From a virus: a stretch of DNA of 64,000 bases. Position numbers and translations under genes: made by a program. The stretch spans positions 1 through 64,000 of the IMG/VR virus record IMGVR_UViG_3300009128_001633; one strand, written 5' to 3'. Positions 15,572 to 25,238 of this stretch are shown piece after piece. Position 1 is the stretch's first letter; every line of letters begins with the position of its first letter. Below the pieces are notes generated by a model that did not search any database, was not told the DNA's origin, and worked only from the letters and a program-made list of their open reading frames with translations.

Positions 15572-16687
15572 ATGGGCGTAAAAATGGGAAAAACAAATAT
15601 GAAAGACATAAAAAAGGACAAAAAAGAAAGAGGTAGTAAAAGGAAAGGTAGCTTCGGAAAATTCCATGCATTTAAGACCGGAACCACATTCATAAAAATG
15701 CTTCCACCGGTAGAAAACATGACAGTACCGTGGATAGAAACAAAGAAACATTTTAGTCTTGGAAAAAGTCTAAAAGGTTTTTCACCATGTACTGAAACAG
15801 GAAAAGATTGTTTCATATGCAAAAAAGTTAGAAAAGGTGAAAATGCCAAAAAGAAAGCAACAAGAGAACTAGCTACAAAAAGAAGTGTATCAATGTCAAA
15901 CACATTTCAAATGATTGATGTAACACCACTATATACAAAGAAAAAGAAAAAATGGGTAGCTGATAATCCACCCCCGAATTGTTGGGGTAAAGTTAAAATA
16001 GATGAAGATGGAGATTTTGTTGGAAAGTGCCAGAAGTGTTCGTGGAACGCTTCATGCCAAGAAGGTGTTACAAAAGGTAGTTTAAGTGGACAAAGAATAG
16101 ATGATCTTTCAGAATTTTTTAGTAAAGAAGTTGATATAACTGATTTAAGGGAAGGCAGAAATATTAAGGTTGTTAAGAAAGGTAAGACTTTTGGCAACAT
16201 ATCATATTCTGTAGATGCAAGTGAAAAATATAAGTGGAAAGTTCCAAAAGAAATGAAAAAGTTTATAAAGAAAAACTTCATTGATCTAGTTGAAGCAACG
16301 AAACCAGCAACATCACAAGAAACAGAAGATGCTTGGAAAGGTAGGACAGAATCTGATGATTTACCAGAATGTTTTGGCGATTTTAAAGAAGGTAAAAAGA
16401 AATGTAAAAAATGTGAGTACAAGGATATATGTTCTGAAGAAAAAGGTCTAGCCGATGATGATGATGATGATGACGACGATGATGACGACGATGATGCATT
16501 AAAAGACATGAATAGAAAAGAATTAAAAGAATTTATTAAGGTCAACAAACTAAAAATTAAGACAAAAAGCAAAAAAGACAAAAAGATAGTAAAAGAAATC
16601 GAAAAAGCACTAAACAAAAAGAAAGGCGAAGATATAAAGAAGAAACTAAAAGACAAAGCAGGTAAAAAGAAGAAAAATAAAAAGTGA
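15572..16687 (+). CDS. Putative ssDNA-binding protein (gp32-like) with Cys clusters, Asp run and basic tail
   Basis: FIKMLPP, KHF, C....DCFIC, DITDLREGRNIKVVKKG.....Y.V pattern; context with recA. Confidence 0.6.
   Translation: MGVKMGKTNMKDIKKDKKERGSKRKGSFGKFHAFKTGTTFIKMLPPVENMTVPWIETKKHFSLGKSLKGFSPCTETGKDCFICKKVRKGENAKKKATRELATKRSVSMSNTFQMIDVTPLYTKKKKKWVADNPPPNCWGKVKIDEDGDFVGKCQKCSWNASCQEGVTKGSLSGQRIDDLSEFFSKEVDITDLREGRNIKVVKKGKTFGNISYSVDASEKYKWKVPKEMKKFIKKNFIDLVEATKPATSQETEDAWKGRTESDDLPECFGDFKEGKKKCKKCEYKDICSEEKGLADDDDDDDDDDDDDDALKDMNRKELKEFIKVNKLKIKTKSKKDKKIVKEIEKALNKKKGEDIKKKLKDKAGKKKKNKK
16454..16495 (+). repeat. GAT/GAC trinucleotide run (14 Asp)
   Basis: Directly visible. Confidence 0.9.
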
Positions 16688-16697
16688 GGCACTTATT

Positions 16698-17270
16698 ATG
16701 CCAACAACAGAATTTGAACTATCTATAAGAATGGATACAAAGGAGAAAAAAATGGATGATAACGAAAAAAAGGGAATACTTAAACGTGGAATGAAAAGAC
16801 CAGACTGGGATCAATATTATCTAAATTTAGTTCCACTAATTGGCAAAAGAGCAACATGTGATAGAGGAAGAAGTGGAGCATTACTTGTAAGAGACCACAA
16901 GATTATAGCAAGTGGATACGTTGGAAGCACTCCAGGAGAACCACACTGTGACGATATTGGTCACGAAATTATTACAGTTTGGCATCACGATACAGGTAAA
17001 AAATCAGATCACTGTGATAGAACTCTTCATGCAGAAGAAAATGTAATACTGCAATGTGCTGAATTTGGGATACCTGCAAAAGGGAGTACATTGTATTGTT
17101 GGATGACACCATGTTTTAAATGTGCAAGAAGAATAGTTAGAGTTGGAATAGTTAGAGTTGTTGCAGTGATGAGGTATCACGATGAAAAAAGAACAATAGA
17201 CCTTTTTGGAAGAAGAGGGATTGAATTTAAGGTGTCTACAGATAAAGTAGAGGATTATAAAAATGAGTAA
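16698..17270 (+). CDS. dCMP deaminase (ComEB/DCD family)
   Basis: RPDWDQYY, RATC.R...GA, HAEEN, TPC..C. The true start may be a downstream ATG. Confidence 0.92.
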   Translation: MPTTEFELSIRMDTKEKKMDDNEKKGILKRGMKRPDWDQYYLNLVPLIGKRATCDRGRSGALLVRDHKIIASGYVGSTPGEPHCDDIGHEIITVWHHDTGKKSDHCDRTLHAEENVILQCAEFGIPAKGSTLYCWMTPCFKCARRIVRVGIVRVVAVMRYHDEKRTIDLFGRRGIEFKVSTDKVEDYKNE

Positions 17271-18363
17271 CTATAGAAAAAAGCTGATTAAAAACATAAT
17301 TAAACAAGGTGTTAAAAAATATGGTGAAGACTCAACTTTTATATTGTCTTCTGACGATGTGACATCCGTTGTTAAAAAAACCATATCAACTAACTCCCCT
17401 GAACTGGATAGAATACTTGCTAAAGATCAAGAAGGTAATTTTGGTATGCCAGTTGGTAGAATTATTGGAGTTAGTGGTAAGGAAGCAAGTGGTAAAACTA
17501 CCTTGATGATAATGTTAATGAAGAGAATACAAGAATTAGGTGGCATTGCTTCTTTAGTAGAAACAGAATATGCTTTTGATCCTGGATATGCAGAAGAACT
17601 TGGACTAAATGTAAATGAGTTAATATTGTCACAACCAAAATATCTTGAAGAAGCACTCGATATGATAGCTCTTCATGTTAAAATGTTTAGAGAAGCTAAG
17701 GCAGAATATTTAAAAGAAGAAGATGAAGAACTAGATATCCCAATGTTTGTTGGCATGGACAGTATAGCAGGAGTTCCACCCAAAGCTGAATTTGAAGCAG
17801 ATAGTTATGAGGCGGAACAAGCCTTGGGATTACATGCAAGGAGATTATCAAAGTTCTTCAGGAAGATAACAAGATCAATAGCCAGAGAACAAATATGTCT
17901 TGTATGTACAAATCAACTTAAAACAAATACTTCTGTGAGATTCGGTAATAAAGATACAGAGATAGGAGGTAAAGCATTAAAATTCCATGCTTCATTGAGA
18001 CTTGACATAAGACATGCAGGTTTCATAAGACCGTCAAAAGATGCTGACCCTATTGGTATTGAAGTCTTAGCTAAAACCGTTAAAAACAAGTGTATGCTGC
18101 CATATAAGAAAGTGACAGTACCGCTGATATTTGGTGAAGGTTTTAGTTACACACAAGGACTATTTAATGCATTGCTTGAAGCAGGAATTATAAAAAAGAG
18201 CAAAAATACATTTAGGCTTAAATATAAATTAGGAAAAAGTAAACGAGTGTTGCAAATAGCTTATAAGAAAAACTTCATAGAAGCATTAGATGAATTAATT
18301 ACAGATACACCAAGATTAAAACGTGTATTTGAAAAAAAGTTAAACAAAACGTTAGAAGAATAA
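17263..18363 (+). CDS. recA: RecA recombinase
   Basis: G.P.GRII...GKEASGKTT, FDPGYAEELG, DSIA, NQL, GGKALKFHASLRLDIR, VKNK. Confidence 0.95.
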   Translation: MSNYRKKLIKNIIKQGVKKYGEDSTFILSSDDVTSVVKKTISTNSPELDRILAKDQEGNFGMPVGRIIGVSGKEASGKTTLMIMLMKRIQELGGIASLVETEYAFDPGYAEELGLNVNELILSQPKYLEEALDMIALHVKMFREAKAEYLKEEDEELDIPMFVGMDSIAGVPPKAEFEADSYEAEQALGLHARRLSKFFRKITRSIAREQICLVCTNQLKTNTSVRFGNKDTEIGGKALKFHASLRLDIRHAGFIRPSKDADPIGIEVLAKTVKNKCMLPYKKVTVPLIFGEGFSYTQGLFNALLEAGIIKKSKNTFRLKYKLGKSKRVLQIAYKKNFIEALDELITDTPRLKRVFEKKLNKTLEE

Positions 18364-18367
18364 TTAT

Positions 18368-18500
18368 GTCCCGGTGGCGGAAATTGCAGACGCAACGAAT
18401 TACCTAAGTTGATGGGAAATAGTGGGTAGGGTCGTAGGACGACAGGCCGAGTCCATGGCATACTGAAACCATCGTGCAGGTTCGAGTCCTGCTCGGGACA
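18368..18500 (+). ncRNA. tRNA-Leu-like RNA with an expanded central domain (133 nt)
   Basis: Acceptor GTCCCGG/TCGGGAC+A, Leu-type D arm GCGGAAATTGCAGACGC, T arm GCAGG-TTCGAGT-CCTGC; about 80 nt between the D and T arms; no canonical anticodon loop. Confidence 0.75.
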
Positions 18501-18516
18501 TTAAGGAGCTTATATT

Positions 18517-18645
18517 ATGGAAATCTTTGATAAAAACATCCATAGAGACGAATTTATATTAGATAATGATCGATGGATAGATGATCTTGAACAAGCTTAC
18601 GAACTACACAGGTTTGAAGATGAAATTCAAAACGATATTGCTTAA
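18517..18645 (+). CDS. Small acidic protein (42 aa, not in the ORF track)
   Basis: AAGGAG RBS; MEIFDKNIHRDEFILDNDRWIDDLEQAYELHRFEDEIQNDIA*. Confidence 0.5.
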   Translation: MEIFDKNIHRDEFILDNDRWIDDLEQAYELHRFEDEIQNDIA

Positions 18646-19771
18646 AAGCAAAGATATTCATGACATCAAAGTTAAAAATGGATTTATAGTCATAGGCGAT
18701 ATCCACTTATTTAATTCATATCCATATAGTTTGCATTCTGATCTAATATCATCAAGACTAAAAGATTTGTCTAACGTACTAAAAGAAGTTAGCAAGGTTC
18801 GTAGACGTTTAAAACTCCCACTTGTGCTTAATGGTGATACAATTCATTCTGGTATATTAGATTATCCAGTAGAACTTATATTAACTGAATTTTTATTAAG
18901 AAACAGTAAAGGAACAGTTCTGATTAACCTAGGCAACCATGATTTGGATGGAGAAGTTAGCGTTTTAGACCCACTCATTAAATTTAGCGAGAATAACTCA
19001 CATATTGTATTTACAAAATCTCAAATATATAATATAAATAAAGTAAACTATTGTTTTATGCCGTTCATGACAGAAGCACAAGCTATAATTAAATTAAAAA
19101 GACTTGCTAAAAAAGTAGAAGATCATGAAACTAACATACTATTTATCCATAACTCATTTTCTGGTTCATCGTTTCCATCAAATGTTAAGAGTAAATCTGG
19201 ACTAAGTCAGAGATTAAAAGAACTTAAAAAATTTGATCTCATAGTCGCAAGCCATATACATAAATATCAGAAAATATGTAATGGTCGTGGCTTCTATACA
19301 TCGTCACCAATACCGTTAAATTTTGGTGAAAAGGATAAAGAACATGGATACCATATAGTTGATTTAGAAAAGCATGTAAGATATTTTGTTATACCAAAAG
19401 CACCAAAATTCAGATATATTAACGTATCAAAGATGCTTGAGATGAACGTGGACAAAATAAAGAAAAAAGTTAGTGGCAATATAATATGTGTTAAGATAGA
19501 TAGGCCAGAATATATGTCTGAAAAAAGCTCCATCAACAAGAAATTAACAAAGTACGGAGCATTATTTGTAACATTTAAAAATGAATTAGTCAAAAGCGTA
19601 GAAAAAAAGGCTGATATTAAATTAGTTAACGACTTAACATCGGTTGTTAGTTCTTACTCTAAAATTATAGCCAAGAAATTTCATCTAAAAAGAAAGGAGG
19701 TGGAAAAACAAGGATTAAGAATATTAAATAAAGCAAAGAAACAAATCTCAAAGGAGAAACAAAGGAGATAG
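18581..19771 (+). CDS. sbcD: SbcD/Mre11-like metallophosphoesterase nuclease
   Basis: GDIH, NGD, GNHD, FIHN, SHIH. The true start is probably slightly downstream. Confidence 0.9.
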   Translation: MILNKLTNYTGLKMKFKTILLKSKDIHDIKVKNGFIVIGDIHLFNSYPYSLHSDLISSRLKDLSNVLKEVSKVRRRLKLPLVLNGDTIHSGILDYPVELILTEFLLRNSKGTVLINLGNHDLDGEVSVLDPLIKFSENNSHIVFTKSQIYNINKVNYCFMPFMTEAQAIIKLKRLAKKVEDHETNILFIHNSFSGSSFPSNVKSKSGLSQRLKELKKFDLIVASHIHKYQKICNGRGFYTSSPIPLNFGEKDKEHGYHIVDLEKHVRYFVIPKAPKFRYINVSKMLEMNVDKIKKKVSGNIICVKIDRPEYMSEKSSINKKLTKYGALFVTFKNELVKSVEKKADIKLVNDLTSVVSSYSKIIAKKFHLKRKEVEKQGLRILNKAKKQISKEKQRR

Positions 19772-19773
19772 AA

Positions 19774-19968
19774 ATGGACTGTAAAAAAATCAACGTTATA
19801 CCTGAAAAGAAAGCTGTTACACTTGTCTTCAAAGACATAGCACAAACATTGTCCATGATATGGAGACTTGTTTTCAAATTATTCAAAAGCTATGGCAGTC
19901 TAGGAATACCAGTTAGAATAACTGGTGAGGAATATAATGAAATAAGTTACTCAGACAAAAAGAAATAG
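19774..19968 (+). CDS. Hypothetical protein
   Basis: GGAG RBS; tiles the operon. Confidence 0.55.
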   Translation: MDCKKINVIPEKKAVTLVFKDIAQTLSMIWRLVFKLFKSYGSLGIPVRITGEEYNEISYSDKKK

Positions 19969-19969
19969 C

Positions 19970-20167
19970 ATGATAGCAATGCTGACCATATTTTATTTAT
20001 GTCCGGGAAGTCAGGATGGTTGCCATAGTATTATAGATGCTGAATTTGAATTAGATATACATGAAGTTAGTAATGATGCTCACCAAACTTTTTTAGAGGA
20101 ACATGGATGGTTGTTGATTGGAGACATGGCATATTGTCCAGTATGTAGATATGAATTGCATGATTAG
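19970..20167 (+). CDS. Hypothetical zinc-binding protein
   Basis: C.....GC...GW......YCPVC. Confidence 0.6.
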   Translation: MIAMLTIFYLCPGSQDGCHSIIDAEFELDIHEVSNDAHQTFLEEHGWLLIGDMAYCPVCRYELHD

Positions 20168-20249
20168 GGGGAAGAGGTTTTGAAGAAAAATTTAGATACA
20201 ATAGGAACATTTAACGCACACAAACTATTCCAAAAAAGTAGAAATCAAA

Positions 20250-22196
20250 ATGTTGCAAATAGATAAACTTAAACTAACAAACTTCATAGTATATAAAAAA
20301 CAAACATTCAACTTTTCAGAAATGTTTGATGATACAAATTTATTATTAATCTATGGTAAAAATCTTGACGATACTTCTTTTGCAAACGATAACGGAGCAG
20401 GAAAAAGTATAATATATGAAGCACTACTATTCTTATTATGTAATAGAACCACTAGGAATAGTAACAAAAATCTATTAATCGGTAAGTTTGCAACTTCAAT
20501 GAATGTTGAAGGAACTTTATTAGATGATTCTGGTACAGAATACTGGATAAAAAGATACAGGAAAAACAAAGTATATGTAAATGGTGTAAGATTTAAAATT
20601 AATGGGAAAGAAATAAAGAAGGGAACTCCAACAGAACTATCTAACTTCATTTTAAATGCTTTAGGTATATCATACAGAAGAATAATAAACACATCTATAT
20701 TTGAAAGTAATGATGAAAGGTCGAGATTAATTTATTTAGGTGACAAAGATGGCAAATCACTGCTTTCTCAAATGAAAGGTCTTGGCATATTTAATAGGTG
20801 TGAACAAATAGCCAAAGACGAATTAAAAGATGTAGAAAAAAATACAGAAATTATTAAAAATGATATAGACAAACTTAAAACGCTAATAAATAGAATTAAA
20901 AATGAAAAAGAAATAAATAAAAAATTAAGTAGAAGTTTTGAAAAAGATAGAAAAGAAAAAATATCGGAACTTAAAAATAAGTTGTCGTCATCCAGCAAAT
21001 TGGCTAAAAAAGAAGAAGATGAAAGAAATAAAGAAATAGAAAATGAAACTAAAAAATTAAACGATTTCAAAGATAAGAAAAAAAGAATACGTAGTCTTGA
21101 AAATACTAATGAAAAACTAAAAGAAACAAAAAAATCAATAAAAGCATATGAAGAGCAAATCACAATACAAAAACTAACAATAAGAAACAACAAACAAATA
21201 GTAAAAGATTTAAAAAGTAATAGAGAAATGGTGGGATCTGTATGTGATTATTGTGGCAACGAAGTTAAAAAGAAAAATCTAATTAAACATTTAGAAAAAA
21301 CAAAAAGATTTATAAGACTAACAAAAACTAATTTAGAAGCGTTTGAAAGTAAACTAAATTCATTGAAGAAAACTAGAAAGAAACTAGAAAGAAAAATAGA
21401 TAAAAGAAAAAAAACAAGAGAAGCTAATAATTTGCTTGATGCCAAAATAAACTCAATTGTAAATAACATAGAAACATTTAAAAAATGGTTAGAAAAATTA
21501 GAAAAATCACAAAAAAAGCTTAAAAAATCGTTAAAGAAATCGTTAAAATCTCTACAAGAACAGGAAAATACACATGAAAAGTTGATAAGAAAACTAGATA
21601 TAGAATTAAGTGCAACCAAAAAAGACAAAAATGTTTTAAAAGAACAACTCAACAAACTTAAAATAAAGTTCAAATATAAAAATGCATGGTATAATGGGTA
21701 TGGTAAAGAAGAGATACAATCATTTGCATTACAATCAACTGTAAATGAACTGAATGAACAAATGTCAAGAGTATCAGAAGAATTAACTAATGGTACTGTA
21801 GATATAAAACTATTAACACAAAAGACTCAAGGCAACAAGAGGATAAGAAATGTATTTGAATTTAGTATTAGCGATCTTAATAAAAAAGATCTTCCATTTA
21901 AAGAATGGTCCAAAGGACAGAAAAAGAGAATAGAAATAATAGTAAGTTTTGCATTAATGAACTTAGAAAATAGTTTACTAATGGAAGTGTTTTTAGATGA
22001 ATTGTTTGATGGAATAGATCAAGTTGGTATTGTTAAAATTAAAGAAATGTTGGAACGCAGAGGTAGTAAAGATAATAGAAGATTCATAATATTTTCACAC
22101 TCAAACAATGTAAAGCAGTTATTCACAAACAAAGCTTATGTGGAATTAAAAAACGGAAGGAGTAGATTATGGACACAGAAACATTTAATAAGGTAG
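20250..22196 (+). CDS. sbcC: SbcC/Rad50-like ATPase
   Basis: NGAGKS Walker A, CDYC zinc hook, WSKGQ signature, FLDE.FDG.D, IFSH. Confidence 0.93.
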   Translation: MLQIDKLKLTNFIVYKKQTFNFSEMFDDTNLLLIYGKNLDDTSFANDNGAGKSIIYEALLFLLCNRTTRNSNKNLLIGKFATSMNVEGTLLDDSGTEYWIKRYRKNKVYVNGVRFKINGKEIKKGTPTELSNFILNALGISYRRIINTSIFESNDERSRLIYLGDKDGKSLLSQMKGLGIFNRCEQIAKDELKDVEKNTEIIKNDIDKLKTLINRIKNEKEINKKLSRSFEKDRKEKISELKNKLSSSSKLAKKEEDERNKEIENETKKLNDFKDKKKRIRSLENTNEKLKETKKSIKAYEEQITIQKLTIRNNKQIVKDLKSNREMVGSVCDYCGNEVKKKNLIKHLEKTKRFIRLTKTNLEAFESKLNSLKKTRKKLERKIDKRKKTREANNLLDAKINSIVNNIETFKKWLEKLEKSQKKLKKSLKKSLKSLQEQENTHEKLIRKLDIELSATKKDKNVLKEQLNKLKIKFKYKNAWYNGYGKEEIQSFALQSTVNELNEQMSRVSEELTNGTVDIKLLTQKTQGNKRIRNVFEFSISDLNKKDLPFKEWSKGQKKRIEIIVSFALMNLENSLLMEVFLDELFDGIDQVGIVKIKEMLERRGSKDNRRFIIFSHSNNVKQLFTNKAYVELKNGRSRLWTQKHLIR

Positions 22197-22513
22197 TAGA
22201 AGAACAGATTGAAATATGCAAAGAAACACTTGGTTTAAAAGAAAAACAGTATGCTCCAGGAAGAGATAGGTTAGAACAATTTAAAAAAGGTGATGCCATA
22301 ATGCATAGAACGCCATTACAAACTCTTTCTGGTATGTTATTCAAACACACAACTAAACTTTATGATATGCTGGAAGGGGTTATTAAAGACCCTTCACTAG
22401 AACAATGGAATGAAACCATAAAGGATCATATAAATTATTTGTTATTAGCTAAAGGTTTAGTTGTGGAAGAAAGGAGAATAAACTATGATAATAAAAGGCC
22501 CACTATTATATGA
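22169..22513 (+). CDS. Nucleotide-modification-associated (DUF1599/MazG-like) helical protein
   Basis: K...YA...D.L..F, KH......, ETIKDHINY pattern. Confidence 0.6.
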   Translation: MDTETFNKVVEEQIEICKETLGLKEKQYAPGRDRLEQFKKGDAIMHRTPLQTLSGMLFKHTTKLYDMLEGVIKDPSLEQWNETIKDHINYLLLAKGLVVEERRINYDNKRPTII

Positions 22514-22865
22514 CCCAAGGACAAACAAATTTAATGGAAGATCATCAAATCCCGCACTAATACTTTTTGATATGACTGAAAGGACTAAAGCAACAGTAAA
22601 TAATAATTTTGAAAGTGCAATTTGTAAAATTGCTGATTTTTGTGACAAGGAAAACTTAGAAGTAAATATGGCAATAGGAGGAAACAACAACATGACAGAT
22701 TTAGTTAATCAAGGCAAAGGCAATATGCTGAAAATATGGGGAACAAACAACGAAATAATATTGAGAGAAATTTACAATGTGTGTAAAGAGAATAATGAAG
22801 ATTTTTATAATCCAAGTGAAAAGTTTCGTAATGAAATAATAAAAGAAAGGAGAAACATTAAATGA
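22485..22865 (+). CDS. Hypothetical protein
   Basis: AAGGAG RBS; tiles the operon. Confidence 0.55.
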   Translation: MIIKGPLLYDPRTNKFNGRSSNPALILFDMTERTKATVNNNFESAICKIADFCDKENLEVNMAIGGNNNMTDLVNQGKGNMLKIWGTNNEIILREIYNVCKENNEDFYNPSEKFRNEIIKERRNIK

Positions 22866-23494
22866 AATGGGAAGTAACTGAACTAACAGAAAAGGTTGAC
22901 CGAATAAAAATACTAGCAGACAAAGGTTTAAATCCGCCAAGAATGTTTTATATACCAAAATACGACGAGAGTAACATAAAAGAAGCTATGGTTTGGGCAG
23001 CAGATATTCATGCAAAAGAACCAAAACAGATATTTAATATAAGGACATATCAACGTGCAGGAGATAAAGAATCACTACAAACAAAACATTATACTGATAT
23101 AACATTTGATAAGTTGCCAGAGATACTTCCTGAAGCCTTAAACAAATTTATTTGTATGATAGACGCAGAAACACCAGACGATGGACGTGTAGCTGGAAAC
23201 ATAATAATATCAGTTGAAGAACTTAGAGGTAGACCAGACAATATAGTCATAGAATACTGTGAAAAAAAGGTAAGGGCTATGGTGAGAGACGCAGATAAAC
23301 ATATAGCAATTCCTATAAATCAAAATTTAGTTGGAAAACTAAATAATGCTGTAACAGAAAGTATATTAAATGAAGTCATTAAAAAGGTAAAAATGGCAAA
23401 GTTATTTGATGTTATTGTTGAATGGACCTACTTTTGCAAACCATCTGGAATTCTTGGTGAGAACATAGTATGGTGGGAATATCGTAAGTATTAG
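22862..23494 (+). CDS. Hypothetical protein
   Basis: AAGGAG RBS; 210-aa ORF. Confidence 0.75.
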   Translation: MKWEVTELTEKVDRIKILADKGLNPPRMFYIPKYDESNIKEAMVWAADIHAKEPKQIFNIRTYQRAGDKESLQTKHYTDITFDKLPEILPEALNKFICMIDAETPDDGRVAGNIIISVEELRGRPDNIVIEYCEKKVRAMVRDADKHIAIPINQNLVGKLNNAVTESILNEVIKKVKMAKLFDVIVEWTYFCKPSGILGENIVWWEYRKY

Positions 23495-23503
23495 GAGATA
23501 CAA

Positions 23504-23740
23504 ATGATAGGCAAACCTATAAATTGGAAAGCAATAACTACTTTTAATAAGTCCAAAAATACAAGAGACCTTATTAAGAAATTAAGATCAACAAAAGGTC
23601 TTTCATATAAACAGATAGCTATAATACTTGGTATCTCCAAATCTGCAGTATGGAATAAAGCACAAAAACTTGTAGAAGAAGGAAAATTAAAAACATTTGA
23701 ATTAACAAGAACCAAAAAGGAGGGCAAAAATGGAAAGTAA
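23504..23740 (+). CDS. Helix-turn-helix DNA-binding protein
   Basis: GLSYKQIAIILGISKSAVWN. Confidence 0.85.
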   Translation: MIGKPINWKAITTFNKSKNTRDLIKKLRSTKGLSYKQIAIILGISKSAVWNKAQKLVEEGKLKTFELTRTKKEGKNGK

Positions 23741-24398
23741 AATAATCTTACCATTAGATGGAATGACAATTAGTGAAACGACAAACATTGCTTCACAAAC
23801 TAAAGGAAAAGTGTGGGGTTTTAAAGTTAATGATCTTTTAATAGATCATGGGTTAGAAATTGTTAGAGGTCTAAAAACATTTGGCAAAGTAATGGCGGAT
23901 CCTAAATTATACGATATACCAAACACAATGACCAATTCAATTAAAAAACTAACAAATGCCGGAGCAGACATCATCACTGTTCATATGGAACCAAAATATA
24001 AACCACCATCTGAATATCTTCAAAAAATAGCAGGAGTAACTATATTAACAACTATGGATGACAATAGATGTGAAGATGTTTATGAAGCTCCTGCAGTTGA
24101 AATTATTGAATATTTTAAAGAAGACGCTGTTGATCTTGGGTATGGATATTTAGTGTGTTCAGGAGGAGATTTAAAAGATCTACATTTTAATGGTTGTTAT
24201 ATTAAAAAAATATGTCCCGGAATAAGACCCAAATGGGCTATAGTTAAAGATGATGATCAGAAAAGAATAACGACACCAAAACAAGCAATAGAATTAGGTG
24301 CAGATCTTCTTGTTATAGGCCGTCCAATTACACAAGCTAAAGATATAATTAAAGCATTGGATTTAACAAATAAAGAGATAGAGGAGGCATTAAAATGA
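23730..24398 (+). CDS. pyrF: Orotidine-5'-phosphate decarboxylase
   Basis: ILPLD, DPKLYDIPNT, ITVH, VTILTT, PGIRP, DDQKR..TP, VIGRPIT. Confidence 0.95.
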   Translation: MESKIILPLDGMTISETTNIASQTKGKVWGFKVNDLLIDHGLEIVRGLKTFGKVMADPKLYDIPNTMTNSIKKLTNAGADIITVHMEPKYKPPSEYLQKIAGVTILTTMDDNRCEDVYEAPAVEIIEYFKEDAVDLGYGYLVCSGGDLKDLHFNGCYIKKICPGIRPKWAIVKDDDQKRITTPKQAIELGADLLVIGRPITQAKDIIKALDLTNKEIEEALK

Positions 24399-25018
24399 GA
24401 AACGAAGAATATTTAATAGATCTTTTAGAGAAAGCAAATGTAATTAAATATGGACATTTTGTCGGCACATCAGGAAAACACTTAGATACATATGTTCTAA
24501 AAGATGCTATAATAAGAAACGGAGAAGCTTTTCCAGAAATTTGTAATGAATTGGCAAGATTAATAATAAGAAATATACAAAACTGGAAAAGGGTACATTT
24601 TCTAACAGGACCTGCGACAGTCGGTGCTGTATTTGCTGGAATAATTGGGTTTATATTAAATAAGCCATTCGTTTTTCCAGAAAAAGAAAATGTATCACCA
24701 ATTGAAGTGGAACCTGATGGTTTGATAAATGATACTAGAATGGTTTTTCGTCGTGGACACAACAGAGCAATAAAAGGTAAAAGTTTAATAATTGTAGAAG
24801 ATGTTGCAACAACCGGAGGGTCAATAACTAAAACAGCAAATGCTATAAGTGAAAATGGAGGGATCGTGATAGGAGTTGCACTAATATGGAACAGGTCAAA
24901 CTTTCATTTACAAGGTGTTCCAACATTTTCTCTTATAAATAGAGAACTTGATAGTTGGAAAAAATTAAATTGTCCTATGTGCATGAAGGGTATTAAAATA
25001 GATGACATTAAAGCTTAA
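24395..25018 (+). CDS. pyrE: Orotate phosphoribosyltransferase
   Basis: GHF..TSGKH...Y, PRPP motif IIVEDVATTGGS, C-terminal CPMC..G. Confidence 0.92.
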   Translation: MRNEEYLIDLLEKANVIKYGHFVGTSGKHLDTYVLKDAIIRNGEAFPEICNELARLIIRNIQNWKRVHFLTGPATVGAVFAGIIGFILNKPFVFPEKENVSPIEVEPDGLINDTRMVFRRGHNRAIKGKSLIIVEDVATTGGSITKTANAISENGGIVIGVALIWNRSNFHLQGVPTFSLINRELDSWKKLNCPMCMKGIKIDDIKA

Positions 25019-25238
25019 GATAAAACCAATAAATATTTTATGGACACCAGAGATTAATAAACTTAGATTAAAATGCAAATGTGGAAAGTTGTTTACAAGT
25101 CCAGTAAATAGATGGAAAGCTATATGTCCATCGTGTGGTACAAGAGAATCAACGTCATTGTTAAGGAATATATTAGCTAAAAGGTTTTGGAGGAAATATG
25201 CCAAAAAAGAAAAGATTAACAAAAGCAGAAAAAGATGA
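25002..25238 (+). CDS. Zinc-ribbon protein
   Basis: CKCG...CPSCG. Confidence 0.6.
   Translation: MTLKLKIKPINILWTPEINKLRLKCKCGKLFTSPVNRWKAICPSCGTRESTSLLRNILAKRFWRKYAKKEKINKSRKR

Noticed and set aside
18368-18500. tRNA-Sec or tmRNA
   Set aside because: No UCA anticodon or extended acceptor stem; no G3:U70 pair or tag reading frame; too short for tmRNA.
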